From Candidatus Eiseniibacteriota bacterium (lineage in GTDB: Bacteria > Eisenbacteria > RBG-16-71-46 > CAVPCR01), in NCBI GenBank assembly GCA_963823555.1, contig CAWGMA010000003.1, forward strand, positions 448,001-512,000: DNA of 64,000 nucleotides, given 5' to 3'. Positions 1 to 9,420 of this stretch are shown here, piece by piece; positions within the stretch are counted from its first letter, which is position 1; every line of letters begins with the position of its first letter. Below the pieces are notes generated by a model that saw nothing but the letters and a program-made list of their open reading frames with translations, made no database searches and was not told the origin of the DNA. The position numbers and the translations under genes are program-made.

Positions 1-2
1 CC

Positions 3-764
3 TACGAGGAGAGCTGGCTCTCCTCCCCGGACTACGCCGACCTCCGCGAGAGCCAGGGACTCAACGCCGACGGCGTCGAGAAGCTGACGGTCATGTATCC
101 GTTCACCGGAGGGGTCGAGTACCGCTTCGGCAAGGAGACCTGGGTGCCCTACGTCGGCGCGGGCGGTGGGGTCTACATGATCGACCTCTTCCACGACCGG
201 CGAGTGGCCGTCGACTACCGCACGCTGGCCAAGCACCGCACCTACAACCTCGGTTTCTACGGGCGGGCCGGCGTCGAGCAGTTCCTCAGCGATGCGGTGG
301 CCATGGACTACGAGATTCTCGGCCATGTCGTCTTCTCCGAGGACCGGGAGAAGTTCCCCTATCCGAGGGGCAACGATCTCGAGGTCTACGGCTCGGATTT
401 CCTCCCACACGGCGGCGATCTCCAGTTCATCCAGATGCGGATCGGCCTGCGCTACTACTGGGGCCAGGAAGAAGCGGAGGAGATCGAGGCCATCGAAGAG
501 GTCACTCCCGAGGCGGTCACACCGGACGTCATCACGCCCGCGCCGGTAACGCCGGAGGCGGCGACTCCCGAGGTGATCACTCCGGACGTCATCACGCCGG
601 CGCCGGTAACGCCGGAGGCGGCGACTCCCGAGGTGATCACACCGGACGTCATCACGCCCGCGCCGGTAGTGCCGGAGGCGGCGACTCCCGAGGTGATCAC
701 GCCGGATGTCATCACGCCCGAGCCGACACCGCCCACCGAACCGGCACCTGAAGAAGATCCCTAG
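3..764 (+). CDS. Outer-membrane beta-barrel-like protein (5'-truncated) with Pro/Thr/Glu-rich repetitive C-terminal tail
   Basis: Frame is open from the window edge. Amphipathic aromatic strands ([22 protein letters not shown]) are followed by xxTPx pentapeptide repeats. Confidence 0.6.
   Translation, partial: YEESWLSSPDYADLRESQGLNADGVEKLTVMYPFTGGVEYRFGKETWVPYVGAGGGVYMIDLFHDRRVAVDYRTLAKHRTYNLGFYGRAGVEQFLSDAVAMDYEILGHVVFSEDREKFPYPRGNDLEVYGSDFLPHGGDLQFIQMRIGLRYYWGQEEAEEIEAIEEVTPEAVTPDVITPAPVTPEAATPEVITPDVITPAPVTPEAATPEVITPDVITPAPVVPEAATPEVITPDVITPEPTPPTEPAPEEDP
502..722 (+). repeat. Coding tandem repeat, 60-bp period built from 15-bp subunits (about 3.5 copies; [20 protein letters not shown])
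   Basis: Near-identical consecutive 60-bp lines at 541-720. Confidence 0.95.
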
Positions 765-800
765 CGGGTGCGCCCCGCAGGGCGAGTCGAGGAAAGGATC

Positions 801-2438
801 ATGAGCAGCGAACACCAGGGCGAACCATCTCGAATCGCCACTGTGCAGCGGCCCGCTGCGCCACCGGTCGCGGGAAAGTCGGCCGCCACGAACCCCGCGC
901 CGGACTCGCCGCCGGCCGCCGCGGAGCCCGGCGGATCCGTGGGGATGCCAGCGATCCGCGTCACGCCCGTGCCGCCGCTCATGAGCCGCTTCGTCGGGGA
1001 AGCGCTCACCTTCGACGATGTGCTCCTCGTCCCCAACCACTCCGCGATCCTGCCTTCCCAGGTCGATACGCGCACGCTTCTCTCACGTCGCATCGAGCTC
1101 CGCATTCCGCTCCTCTCGGCGGCGATGGACACGGTGACCGAATCGGGCCTGGCCATCGCGATCGCGCGCGAAGGCGGCATCGGGATCGTGCACAAGAACA
1201 TGTCCATCGACAATCAGGCCCACGAGGTGGACAAGGTCAAGCGCTCCGAGAGCGGGATGATCGTCGATCCGATCACGCTGGTGCCCGAGGCCCCCGTGAG
1301 CGAGGCGCTGCGCCTGATGGCGCATTTCAAGATCTCGGGCGTGCCGATCACCCGCGAGGGCCGGCTGGTCGGCATCCTCACCAACCGCGATCTGCGCTTC
1401 GTCGATGACAAGAGCCAGCCGGTGTCGAAGCTGATGACGAAGGAGAATCTGATCACGGTTCCGGTGGGGACGACGCTCGACAAGGCGCGTGTCATGCTGC
1501 AGCAGAATCGCATCGAGAAGCTCCTTGTCGTGGACGACGAGTACCAGCTCAAGGGCCTCATCACCTTCAAGGACATCCAGAAGCAGATCGAACATCCGGA
1601 TGCGTGCAAGGATGAGCTCGGTCGCCTCAGGGTCGGCGCCGCGGTCGGCGTCGGACCCGATATGGAGCAGCGCGCCGCCGCCCTCGTCGAGGCCGGAGCC
1701 GACGTGCTGGTCATCGATTCAGCGCACGGGCATTCGGCCAATGTGATGAACGTCGTGCGTAGCCTCAGGCGCGCGTATCCCGACGTCGATCTCATCGCCG
1801 GCAACATCGCCACCGCGGAAGCGGCACGCGCCTTCGTCGACCTCGATGTCGACGCCATCAAGGTCGGGATCGGACCGGGTTCGACCTGCACCACGCGCGT
1901 GGTCGCCGGCATCGGCGTGCCCCAGCTGACGGCGATCTCCGACGTGGTCCAGGTGGCCGCTCCGGCCGGCATCCCCGTGGTCTCGGACGGCGGCATCAAG
2001 TACTCGGGCGATGTCGTGAAGGCGCTCGCCGCCGGAGCCAGTTCGGTCATGATCGGCAACCTCTTCGCCGGTACCGAGGAGAGCCCGGGCGAATCCGTGC
2101 TCTACGAGGGCCGCAGCTACAAGGTTTATCGCGGCATGGGCTCGGTCGGAGCCATGAAGCGCGGCAGCAGCGACCGCTACAGCCAGGCCGGGGTGGATGA
2201 AGGGAAGCTCGTGGCCGAGGGCATCGAGGGTCGCGTGCCGCATCGCGGCCCGCTCGCCCGCACCATCTATCAGCTCATCGGCGGGCTGCGCTCGGGGATG
2301 GGCTACTGCGGTGCGGCGACGATCGAGGAGCTCCGCACCCGCACCCGCTTCGTGCGCATCACGCTCGCCGGTCTCCGCGAGAGCCATCCCCACGACGTCA
2401 CGATCACCCACGAAGCGCCGAACTACCGCTCGAGCTAG
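801..2438 (+). CDS. guaB: IMP dehydrogenase (start uncertain: 801, 945 or 981)
   Basis: [19 protein letters not shown] pair, [10 protein letters not shown] catalytic Cys loop, YRGMGS, ESHPHDV. Confidence 0.97.
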   Translation: MSSEHQGEPSRIATVQRPAAPPVAGKSAATNPAPDSPPAAAEPGGSVGMPAIRVTPVPPLMSRFVGEALTFDDVLLVPNHSAILPSQVDTRTLLSRRIELRIPLLSAAMDTVTESGLAIAIAREGGIGIVHKNMSIDNQAHEVDKVKRSESGMIVDPITLVPEAPVSEALRLMAHFKISGVPITREGRLVGILTNRDLRFVDDKSQPVSKLMTKENLITVPVGTTLDKARVMLQQNRIEKLLVVDDEYQLKGLITFKDIQKQIEHPDACKDELGRLRVGAAVGVGPDMEQRAAALVEAGADVLVIDSAHGHSANVMNVVRSLRRAYPDVDLIAGNIATAEAARAFVDLDVDAIKVGIGPGSTCTTRVVAGIGVPQLTAISDVVQVAAPAGIPVVSDGGIKYSGDVVKALAAGASSVMIGNLFAGTEESPGESVLYEGRSYKVYRGMGSVGAMKRGSSDRYSQAGVDEGKLVAEGIEGRVPHRGPLARTIYQLIGGLRSGMGYCGAATIEELRTRTRFVRITLAGLRESHPHDVTITHEAPNYRSS

Positions 2439-2562
2439 ATCCGGCCGCGAGAACCTGAAACCTGGCTCCTGGGACTCCCAGTAGATATAGTAAAGCCGAT
2501 GGCGACGCCCGGCGCCGCATGGCGCGCCGTCGCTCGTAAGCTCCCGCCTCGGGAGGTGTTCC

Positions 2563-2925
2563 ATGGTCGAGTTGCTCTTGCTGGTCGGGTTCGCGAGCTT
2601 GGTCGTTTTCCTCCTGGCCGCGGCCATCGGGATCAAGCTCCTGGCCGCCGTCTTCGCCGCCGCCTTCCTGGGTCTGGTTCTGTTGCCGCTCCGACTCGCA
2701 GGCTGGATCCTGGTCCTGCCCTTGAAGATCCTGGGCGCGGTCCTGGGTCTCCTGTTGCTCGTCCTGGCTGCCCCTCTGTTCATCGCCGGGACCATCGCCA
2801 CCGTGGTTGCCGGCGCCGTGCTCGGCGCCATCGCCCTCGTTCCCGCTCTCGTTCTCGCCTTGCCGGTCCTTGCGCTCTGTCTCCTCGTCAAGGGCGGCGG
2901 GCACCCCAGGACTCCGGCGACCTGA
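2563..2925 (+). CDS. Small highly hydrophobic membrane protein
   Basis: GGAGGT RBS before ATG; almost entirely Leu/Ala/Val/Gly. Confidence 0.7.
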   Translation: MVELLLLVGFASLVVFLLAAAIGIKLLAAVFAAAFLGLVLLPLRLAGWILVLPLKILGAVLGLLLLVLAAPLFIAGTIATVVAGAVLGAIALVPALVLALPVLALCLLVKGGGHPRTPAT

Positions 2926-2927
2926 TC

Positions 2928-3710
2928 TTGCTCCGCCTGCCGTGGCGCCGGAGCGCGGCGCACTCCGCGTTGCCCACTTCCGCTCCGGGCCCGAGCCACC
3001 TCGGGCTCTCCGACGATCCGTTCGTCTTTCCCGGCCCGGCAGGAAGCGATGCCTGCCTCCTCATCCATGGGTCCACCGGAACCGCCGGCGACATGCGGTT
3101 CCTCGGGGAGTTCCTCCATGAGCAGGGCTACGCGATCGAGGGTGTCGCCTTGCCCGGGCACAGGCGACGGCCGAGCGAGCTCGATGGAGTCGATTGGCGG
3201 GCCTGCTACCGGGCTGTGAACCAGAGCTGGCGCGATCTCGGCGCGCGCCATGAGCGCGTGCACGTGATCGGATTCTCATTCGGCGCGGCTCTCGCCATTC
3301 ATCTCGCCGCCCGCGAGGACGTGACGAGCCTCGTCCTGCTCGCGCCCGCGCTCTTCGTCCACATGCGGCCGCGCGCGCTCATGAATCTTACCGTCACCTC
3401 GGGACAGGGCATCCCGTTTGCCACCTATGTGCGCTGGTACGCGGGCCTGGCTCGGTTCTTCCGGCTCGTGCGCCAGGATCTGACGCACGTTCGCTGTCCG
3501 CTGATCGCCATCCATGCGCGTGACGACGACACGGTGCGCGTCGAGAGTTCGCTCGAGATCTACAAGCGAGTGACCACGGGAGACCGGCAGCTCCTGGTGC
3601 TCGAGCGCGGCGGGCATCTGTTGCCGAACGGCATCGCGCGCGAGAAGATCAGCCTGGAGATCGAACGTTATCTCAGGCGATTGAACGGGCAGTCGGGCGG
3701 GGCGAGCTAG
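2928..3710 (+). CDS. Alpha/beta hydrolase (carboxylesterase-like); TTG start uncertain
   Basis: LLIHG, LPGH, GFSFG nucleophile elbow, DDTV acid, GGH base. Confidence 0.85.
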   Translation: MLRLPWRRSAAHSALPTSAPGPSHLGLSDDPFVFPGPAGSDACLLIHGSTGTAGDMRFLGEFLHEQGYAIEGVALPGHRRRPSELDGVDWRACYRAVNQSWRDLGARHERVHVIGFSFGAALAIHLAAREDVTSLVLLAPALFVHMRPRALMNLTVTSGQGIPFATYVRWYAGLARFFRLVRQDLTHVRCPLIAIHARDDDTVRVESSLEIYKRVTTGDRQLLVLERGGHLLPNGIAREKISLEIERYLRRLNGQSGGAS

Positions 3711-4540
3711 AGGCCGGATCCCGAGGCCGGCGCGGCGTGGTCGATGGCGTCACCGCCCGAGGTCCCCACCGCCGGCAGGTCGAAACGGGTGATGTCGACG
3801 CGGAAGCCGGGCTTGAGCGCCTCCAGGTCGGCAGCGAGGCGGGCCACGCGAGCCCGGGATTCCTGGCTTCCCGTGCTCCGGTACTCCGAGATCGCATCGA
3901 GCAGGTGGTCCTTCTTCTCGGCGAAGGTGGTTTCCTCGAGATCGTGGTTCACGATTCGCTCGAGCACGAACGCCTCGCCTTGCGCCAGGCGCGCGAGCAG
4001 ATCTTCCTTCTGCTCTCCCCGCATGTGGGCCAGGATGCGCGCATAGCGGTCGAAGCCCAGCGACAGTTTCTCGAGAACTTCCCCGATCACCGCGTTCGAG
4101 CGGTGCAAGCGCTGGCTGTACGAATAGGCGAAGTGGTAGTAGGACTTGCCACGCCCGATGTAGCCTTCCTCGATCGGCTCCTGCTTGACGCGGCCGCGGC
4201 GGAGCGGCGCGCTGGCAAAGGTGCAGGCCGATACCAGAAGGAAGTCCGCCGGTGTGCGCAACACTCGGTACCGAACATGGGCGAGTTCCGATCGCCGCAG
4301 CCGCTTGAAGACCTCGCCATCGTACTTGGAGAGGAAGCGGCGGGTGCGATCGAACGAGCTCGGATCCGAGAACGTCGCGAGCAGCTGCTCGAGGTAGACG
4401 TCCACATCCTGGATGTAGTTGTCTGGTTCGCTGAGCCAGCCGACCTGCGTGCGCGAGCAGAGCAGGCAGTTCATCGTAAAGAAGTAGCTCGGCTGCTCGA
4501 TGCGGTTCGTGCTCTTGGATTCCAGCTGTCTTGGATTCAC
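3707..4540 (-). CDS. Conserved-looking hypothetical helical protein
   Basis: 277-aa ORF with normal protein composition, AGAGGA RBS, upstream sigma54-type promoter. Confidence 0.75.
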   Translation of the reverse strand: MNPRQLESKSTNRIEQPSYFFTMNCLLCSRTQVGWLSEPDNYIQDVDVYLEQLLATFSDPSSFDRTRRFLSKYDGEVFKRLRRSELAHVRYRVLRTPADFLLVSACTFASAPLRRGRVKQEPIEEGYIGRGKSYYHFAYSYSQRLHRSNAVIGEVLEKLSLGFDRYARILAHMRGEQKEDLLARLAQGEAFVLERIVNHDLEETTFAEKKDHLLDAISEYRSTGSQESRARVARLAADLEALKPGFRVDITRFDLPAVGTSGGDAIDHAAPASGSGL

Positions 4541-4655
4541 CTGGCGGTCCTCTTGGCTCGCGGCGCCCCCTGGATCGCAATGCCGCCGGCGACGGTGCGC
4601 AGCGGCGGCGGAGTGATCGCATCCTGTCCGGTGCGTCCCTCGTCATGCCCAGGTG

Positions 4656-4671
4656 AGCAACGGGCATGCCA
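4656..4671 (-). promoter_or_regulatory. Sigma54 (-24/-12) promoter
   Basis: Minus strand reads TGGCATGCCCGTTGCT = GG-N10-GC with TGGCA and TTGC elements. Confidence 0.7.
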
Positions 4672-5067
4672 CGGCCGAGGTCGCGACGACCCGCATCGCG
4701 ACAGTCGCGGCAGCGATGGTGCGACTCATCCATCTGACTTCATCGCAGGGGGTTGCGAGTGCGAGTGTGGGACACAAGAACGCGCCGCCGGCGCGGCACC
4801 GCCGGCGACTCGCGATGAGGCGGTTCAGGCGGGGGAAGGGTCCGACCAGGGGTGGATCCGTAGTTGCCGGCCGCTTGCGAGCGGTGCAAACCGCAGAGGA
4901 TCCGCGCGTCCGGTGGGCCATGAGGCGCGGCGTGGAGCGCGACTTGGCCCAACCTGGAGTGGTCGCGCCGCGAGCCCGGTCGCTGCAGGCACCATCCTGA
5001 TCTGGTACGCTTGACGGGTCATGCTCCCGTGTGATCCGCGTCTCCTTCACCATGGAATGCAGAAACG

Positions 5068-6171
5068 GTGCGATCAGCCGGCAGCCTGGACCGGACGCCG
5101 ATGAGCCGGCTCCCTCCCATCATCCTCGGTGCGCTCGTTGCCTGTGGCTTCAGTATCTTGATTGCGCGCGTGATTCTCTCTCGACGCTTGCGCCAGCGTG
5201 AGGCGCTTCTCGGCGAGATCGCCGATCTGGTGGCGGCCGCGACCAACGGGGCCTCAGGCAGCGCCCTGCTCGCCAGCGGCTATCTCAAGGACGAGATCTC
5301 TCAGGTGATCGCCGCCTATCGTGAGACACGAGAGCTTGCGGCTCGTGTCGCCGAGCTCGAGGTGGAGCTGGCGGCGGTCCGGGTCCAGCTCCCCATGGAG
5401 GAGATCGAGGAAGCGAGGACCGAGGAGCCGGATCTCATCCTCGACCAGGCAAGACGGCTGACCGAGTCGAGCTTCCTCGCCGGTTCCGATGCGCTCGTGC
5501 GCGTCCGGGCCGCCGTCAAGAACCTCCAGGACTGGCGGTTGCGGCTCGTGGCGAACGAGGAGCAGAGGACCGGGCCGGAGCCGATCACGGCTCGGCCCGA
5601 CGCAGGACCGGGCTCCAGCTCGGGCGCCGCCTCGAACGCCGCTCCTGGTGAGATGGATGGCGATGCCCCGCCCGTCGCCGCGGTGTTCTCCGCGCTCTCG
5701 ATGGAGATTGCCGAGCTAGCCGCCCAGGCCAAGGGTCTCAAGCCGCTGGCCGACGCCACCGAGGCCATTGCCGGTCTCCGTCCCAGGGGGGTGGGTGCGG
5801 GCCAGGGCGACCCCGCTTCTGTCCCGGGATGGAATGTTCCGGCCCAGGTTCTCTCCTCCCGCCGGCTCCTCCTCCTCACCGCTCTCAAACTAAGGGGCCT
5901 GGCTGCCGAAATAGAGACCGGGCTCGTGGGTGTCAGCGCTGAGCTGCGCGTGCTCGGCACGGTGCCGGCGAGCAAGCTGCTGCAGAACGGCAGACGTCGT
6001 CAGCCGGCGCGGGTGAAGACCGATCCCGCCTTCGTGCGCGCCCTGTCCCGGCTCGAAACCCAGCTCTCGGAGGTGGCTCATGACATCGCCAGTCTCACGC
6101 GCGATGCCGAACACCTCTCCCGCGAGCTGGGTCGGGTGCGATCGGCGCCCAACGGCCGGCATACCCCCTGA
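5068..6171 (+). CDS. Hypothetical protein, N-terminal TM helix plus coiled coils (start may be 5101)
   Basis: Hydrophobic IILGALVACGFSILIA segment and heptad-like helices. Confidence 0.55.
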   Translation: MRSAGSLDRTPMSRLPPIILGALVACGFSILIARVILSRRLRQREALLGEIADLVAAATNGASGSALLASGYLKDEISQVIAAYRETRELAARVAELEVELAAVRVQLPMEEIEEARTEEPDLILDQARRLTESSFLAGSDALVRVRAAVKNLQDWRLRLVANEEQRTGPEPITARPDAGPGSSSGAASNAAPGEMDGDAPPVAAVFSALSMEIAELAAQAKGLKPLADATEAIAGLRPRGVGAGQGDPASVPGWNVPAQVLSSRRLLLLTALKLRGLAAEIETGLVGVSAELRVLGTVPASKLLQNGRRRQPARVKTDPAFVRALSRLETQLSEVAHDIASLTRDAEHLSRELGRVRSAPNGRHTP

Positions 6172-6273
6172 CCTGCGGGGAAGCGCGCGCTCGATCTTCC
6201 TTCGCGCGCGGCCAGAGCCATCGGCCCGGGCTCCCTCCCGGGCGGCTCCCATCATGACGAGCGGGGACCTCGG

Positions 6274-7890
6274 ATGACCGCTCCGCCAGACGAAGACGCA
6301 GCGGTGGTTCCGGTACCGGTGCCGCTTCCATCCCTGCTCGTCGTCGACGACCAGTCCGACACGCTCGAGGTGCTTCGTGTCACCCTCGAGAGCGAGGGCT
6401 ATCAGGTTCGCTGCGTCGAGAGCGGGGAAGAAGCGCTGGCCTCGGCCCAGGCCGAGGTTCCGGCGCTCGTCATCCTCGACGTGCACCTGCCGGGAGTCGA
6501 TGGCTTCGAGGTCTGCCGCACGCTCAAGCAACGCGAAGCAACGGCGGCTGTTCCCATCATCATGATCTCGGCTGACGCCGAGGAGGAAGCGCGGGTCCGG
6601 GGTCTCGATGCCGGCGCCGCCGAGTTCCTGGCCAAGCCGTTCTACCCGCGTGAGCTCCTGGCCAAGGTCTATCGCTGTCTCAAGTCGGCCGAGGAACAGG
6701 ATCGCCTCACCAAGCGCACGACCGCCCTCGAGGAAGAGGCCGAGCGCCAGCGGCTGAACCTCGACCTCACCGAACGGCGGTTGAAGAAGCAGGTCTACTC
6801 GACCCAGACCTTGATGAGCATGGTCCATGAGCTGGCCGGCTCCCTCAAGCCCGATCAGCTCATCAACACCTTCATGCTCATGGTGCTTGGTCAGCTCGGG
6901 GCGTCGTCGGTCTGTCTCCTGCTGCCGGCGGAGAACAGCGAGAGCGTGTTGCTCCCGCAGGCTGCGAAGGGTCTGCGCGGTGGCGTTCTCAGCAATACCT
7001 GCATCAGCGTCACGGACGAGCTGGGGCGCTATCTGCGCGAGCGCAACCGCCCGGCCGAGATCGAATGGTTGCTACGGCGTCCGGGGCTCCGCCGCTCGCT
7101 CGAACCGTTCCGGGCCGCCGGACTGCATATCGTCGATCCGGTGGTGATGAAGGGGCAGATCGTGCTTGTCGTTCTCCTCGGGGAGCGGGTGAACGGCCAT
7201 CCCTACGAGCGCGCCGATCTCGAGCTGCTGGCGAGCCTCAGTCGCACGGCGGGGGTGGCGCTCGAGAACGCCAAGCTCTTCCGCGAGCTGCAGGAAACCT
7301 GCCTCGGCATGATCCGCACGCTGCTCTCGACGCTCGAGGCGAAGGACACCTACACCCGCGGCCATACCGAACGGGTCGCCATGTACTCGGTGGCGATCGC
7401 CGAGGAGATCGGGGTGGAGGGCGAGGAGCTCGAGAACATCCGGATCGGAGCCAACCTGCATGACATCGGGAAGCTCGGCATCATGGACAAGGTGCTCAAC
7501 AAGCCGGCGGCGCTCGATCGTGAGGAGCGCGCTCACATCATGAGTCATCCGGCGCGCGGCGCCGCCATTCTCGAGGGCATCCGCTTCTTCGAGCCGGCGG
7601 TCGACATGGTGCGGCACCACCATGAGTACATCGACGGCACCGGCTATCCCGACGGGCTTGCCGGGGAGGAGATCTCGCTCGGCGCCCGCATCGTGGCCGT
7701 TGCCGACGCCTTCGATGCCATGACCTCCGGGCGGGTCTACATGCAGGCGATGGCGGTGCAGGGCGCCATCGATTCGCTCAAGAAGCGCTCCGGCAAGCAA
7801 TACGACCTCGAGGTCGTCGAGGCCCTGGGACGCGTGATCAACAAGGGGGTTGTGATGCTCGGAGCGGCCGAGCTGCCCCCGGCGGCCTGA
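6274..7890 (+). CDS. Response regulator with GAF and HD-GYP domains (cyclic dinucleotide phosphodiesterase)
   Basis: REC (VVDD, LDVHLPGVDG, KPF), GAF-like region ending ALENAKL, HTERV, HDIGK, HHEYIDGTGYP. Confidence 0.92.
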   Translation: MTAPPDEDAAVVPVPVPLPSLLVVDDQSDTLEVLRVTLESEGYQVRCVESGEEALASAQAEVPALVILDVHLPGVDGFEVCRTLKQREATAAVPIIMISADAEEEARVRGLDAGAAEFLAKPFYPRELLAKVYRCLKSAEEQDRLTKRTTALEEEAERQRLNLDLTERRLKKQVYSTQTLMSMVHELAGSLKPDQLINTFMLMVLGQLGASSVCLLLPAENSESVLLPQAAKGLRGGVLSNTCISVTDELGRYLRERNRPAEIEWLLRRPGLRRSLEPFRAAGLHIVDPVVMKGQIVLVVLLGERVNGHPYERADLELLASLSRTAGVALENAKLFRELQETCLGMIRTLLSTLEAKDTYTRGHTERVAMYSVAIAEEIGVEGEELENIRIGANLHDIGKLGIMDKVLNKPAALDREERAHIMSHPARGAAILEGIRFFEPAVDMVRHHHEYIDGTGYPDGLAGEEISLGARIVAVADAFDAMTSGRVYMQAMAVQGAIDSLKKRSGKQYDLEVVEALGRVINKGVVMLGAAELPPAA

Positions 7891-8623
7891 TCCCGCGCCG
7901 GGTCGGGGGTCGCGAAATCCAGGGGGAATCCGTGACCACGAAGCGCCACGGCTTCTCGCGCCAGGGACCGGCGTAATCCACTCCGATTCGCTCGGTGGTC
8001 ATGATGTGGCGCGGCCGGCGCCCGGCCTCGAGGAAGAGATCCGATCCGAGAAGGCTCGTCCCCGAGAGCCGGCGATCGATCGCCAGCGCCTGGCAGAGCT
8101 TCCCGGGGCCCGAAAGGAGAGAGCGGAAGATCGGGCCCGGGTTCCGGCTCGCGGCGGACAGGAGAGGGGTGAGATCGGTTCCGGCCGCGCCTTCTCTGCG
8201 GCGCCCGCCATGGTCCGCTCCTGGTCCCCCGCCGCGCCGCCGCACTTCGGCCTCGAGCTTGGGCCCGAGCCGGCGGTGGGTCGCCATCTCGAGGATGCCC
8301 TCGGTCGGTTCGAGCGCCCGGATCAGGACCGCCGCCGGAAACTCGACCGCTTCGCTCACCACGTTGAGGCAGTGGTGCATGCCATAGACAAGGTAGACAT
8401 AGGCATGTCCCGGTGGGCCGTACATCACCTCGGTTCGCGCCGTCCTCCCGGCCGCGGCGTGACAGGCGAGATCCTCCTCGCCGATGTAGGCCTCGGTCTC
8501 GACGATGATTCCGCCCAGCCTCCGGCCGGCCACCTGGCGTACGAGCTGCTGGCCGATCAAGGAACGCGCCAGCGTCAAGGTCGGCCTGGCGAAGAAGCGC
8601 AGGTCGAGACGGGAGCCGGTCAT
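7838..8623 (-). CDS. mpg: DNA-3-methyladenine glycosylase (MPG/AAG family)
   Basis: IVETEAY, YVYLVYGMHHCLNVV, AVLIRALEP, GPGKLCQAL, RIGV, PWRF. Confidence 0.92.
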   Translation of the reverse strand: MTGSRLDLRFFARPTLTLARSLIGQQLVRQVAGRRLGGIIVETEAYIGEEDLACHAAAGRTARTEVMYGPPGHAYVYLVYGMHHCLNVVSEAVEFPAAVLIRALEPTEGILEMATHRRLGPKLEAEVRRRGGGPGADHGGRRREGAAGTDLTPLLSAASRNPGPIFRSLLSGPGKLCQALAIDRRLSGTSLLGSDLFLEAGRRPRHIMTTERIGVDYAGPWREKPWRFVVTDSPWISRPPTRRGIRPPGAARPLRASQPPC

Positions 8624-8989
8624 GGCAGGTGTCACCTTGGTGAGCGAGACGGTCATCCAGGTTGTCGGCGCGCAGATGCATCGAACTCTTCCTGACAGCG
8701 GCGTCTTCACGTTAACCGATGCACGGGCTCCCTCATAGACCGCGGGAGACGTGCCGAGAGAGCCGGCATCGCTGGCAGGAACGGAATGTGCAAAAGGAGT
8801 CGTGCGGCCGGAGGCGGGAGTCCCGAGCCCTTCTTGGTCGCCCGGGGCCGAGGCTCCCGTGCTCCGGCCGCATCTCCTCCTGGCCGGTGTCCCGCAGGCC
8901 GCACGACTCGGAGCTCCCGGCCCCCGGCAGCTCACGCGGTCCCGAGACGTGCTTCGCCACGCACGCCCGAGAGGAGGAAAGAACGCCTG

Positions 8990-9018
8990 TTGACAGCTTG
9001 GTGATTTGGCCATATTCT
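8990..9018 (+). promoter_or_regulatory. Sigma70 promoter for arsR (leaderless), overlapping an operator half-site
   Basis: TTGACA-17bp-TATTCT, 6 nt before ATG 9025. Confidence 0.75.
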
Positions 9019-9024
9019 CATGTC

Positions 9025-9333
9025 ATGAGCCAGCCCATCGCGACCAGGGATCGGGCCGTGTTCCGCTCGCAGGCACGCATCTTGAAGGCGCTTGCGAACG
9101 AGTCGCGGCTCATGATCATCGACCGCTTGAGCCGGGGCGAGTGCAGCGCCGGAGATCTCACGCGGCTCGTCGGCTCGGATCAAACGACGGTCTCCAAGCA
9201 CCTCGCCGTCCTCCGCGCCCATGGCATCGTCGAGGATCGCCGGGAAGGGAGCGTCGTCCATTACCGCCTGCTGACTCCGTGCGTCACGAACTTCTTCTCC
9301 TGCGCGATGCAGGTCATCAAGGAGTCGCGCTGA
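9025..9333 (+). CDS. arsR: ArsR/SmtB family transcriptional regulator
   Basis: KALANESRLMII, TVSKHLAVLR, C-terminal PCVxxFFxC. Confidence 0.92.
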   Translation: MSQPIATRDRAVFRSQARILKALANESRLMIIDRLSRGECSAGDLTRLVGSDQTTVSKHLAVLRAHGIVEDRREGSVVHYRLLTPCVTNFFSCAMQVIKESR

Positions 9334-9371
9334 GGCCGGGCTCTCCGTTTTTTTGGCCGGATGATGTCGGG

Positions 9372-9387
9372 TTGGCCATATCGCCAA
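9372..9387. promoter_or_regulatory. Palindromic putative ArsR operator
   Basis: TTGGCCATATCGCCAA, 14/16 symmetric; the first 10 bp recur at 9006-9015. Confidence 0.65.
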
Positions 9388-9420
9388 ACAGGATGCGTGG
9401 GGGCCGAGGGGAAGAGTCGG

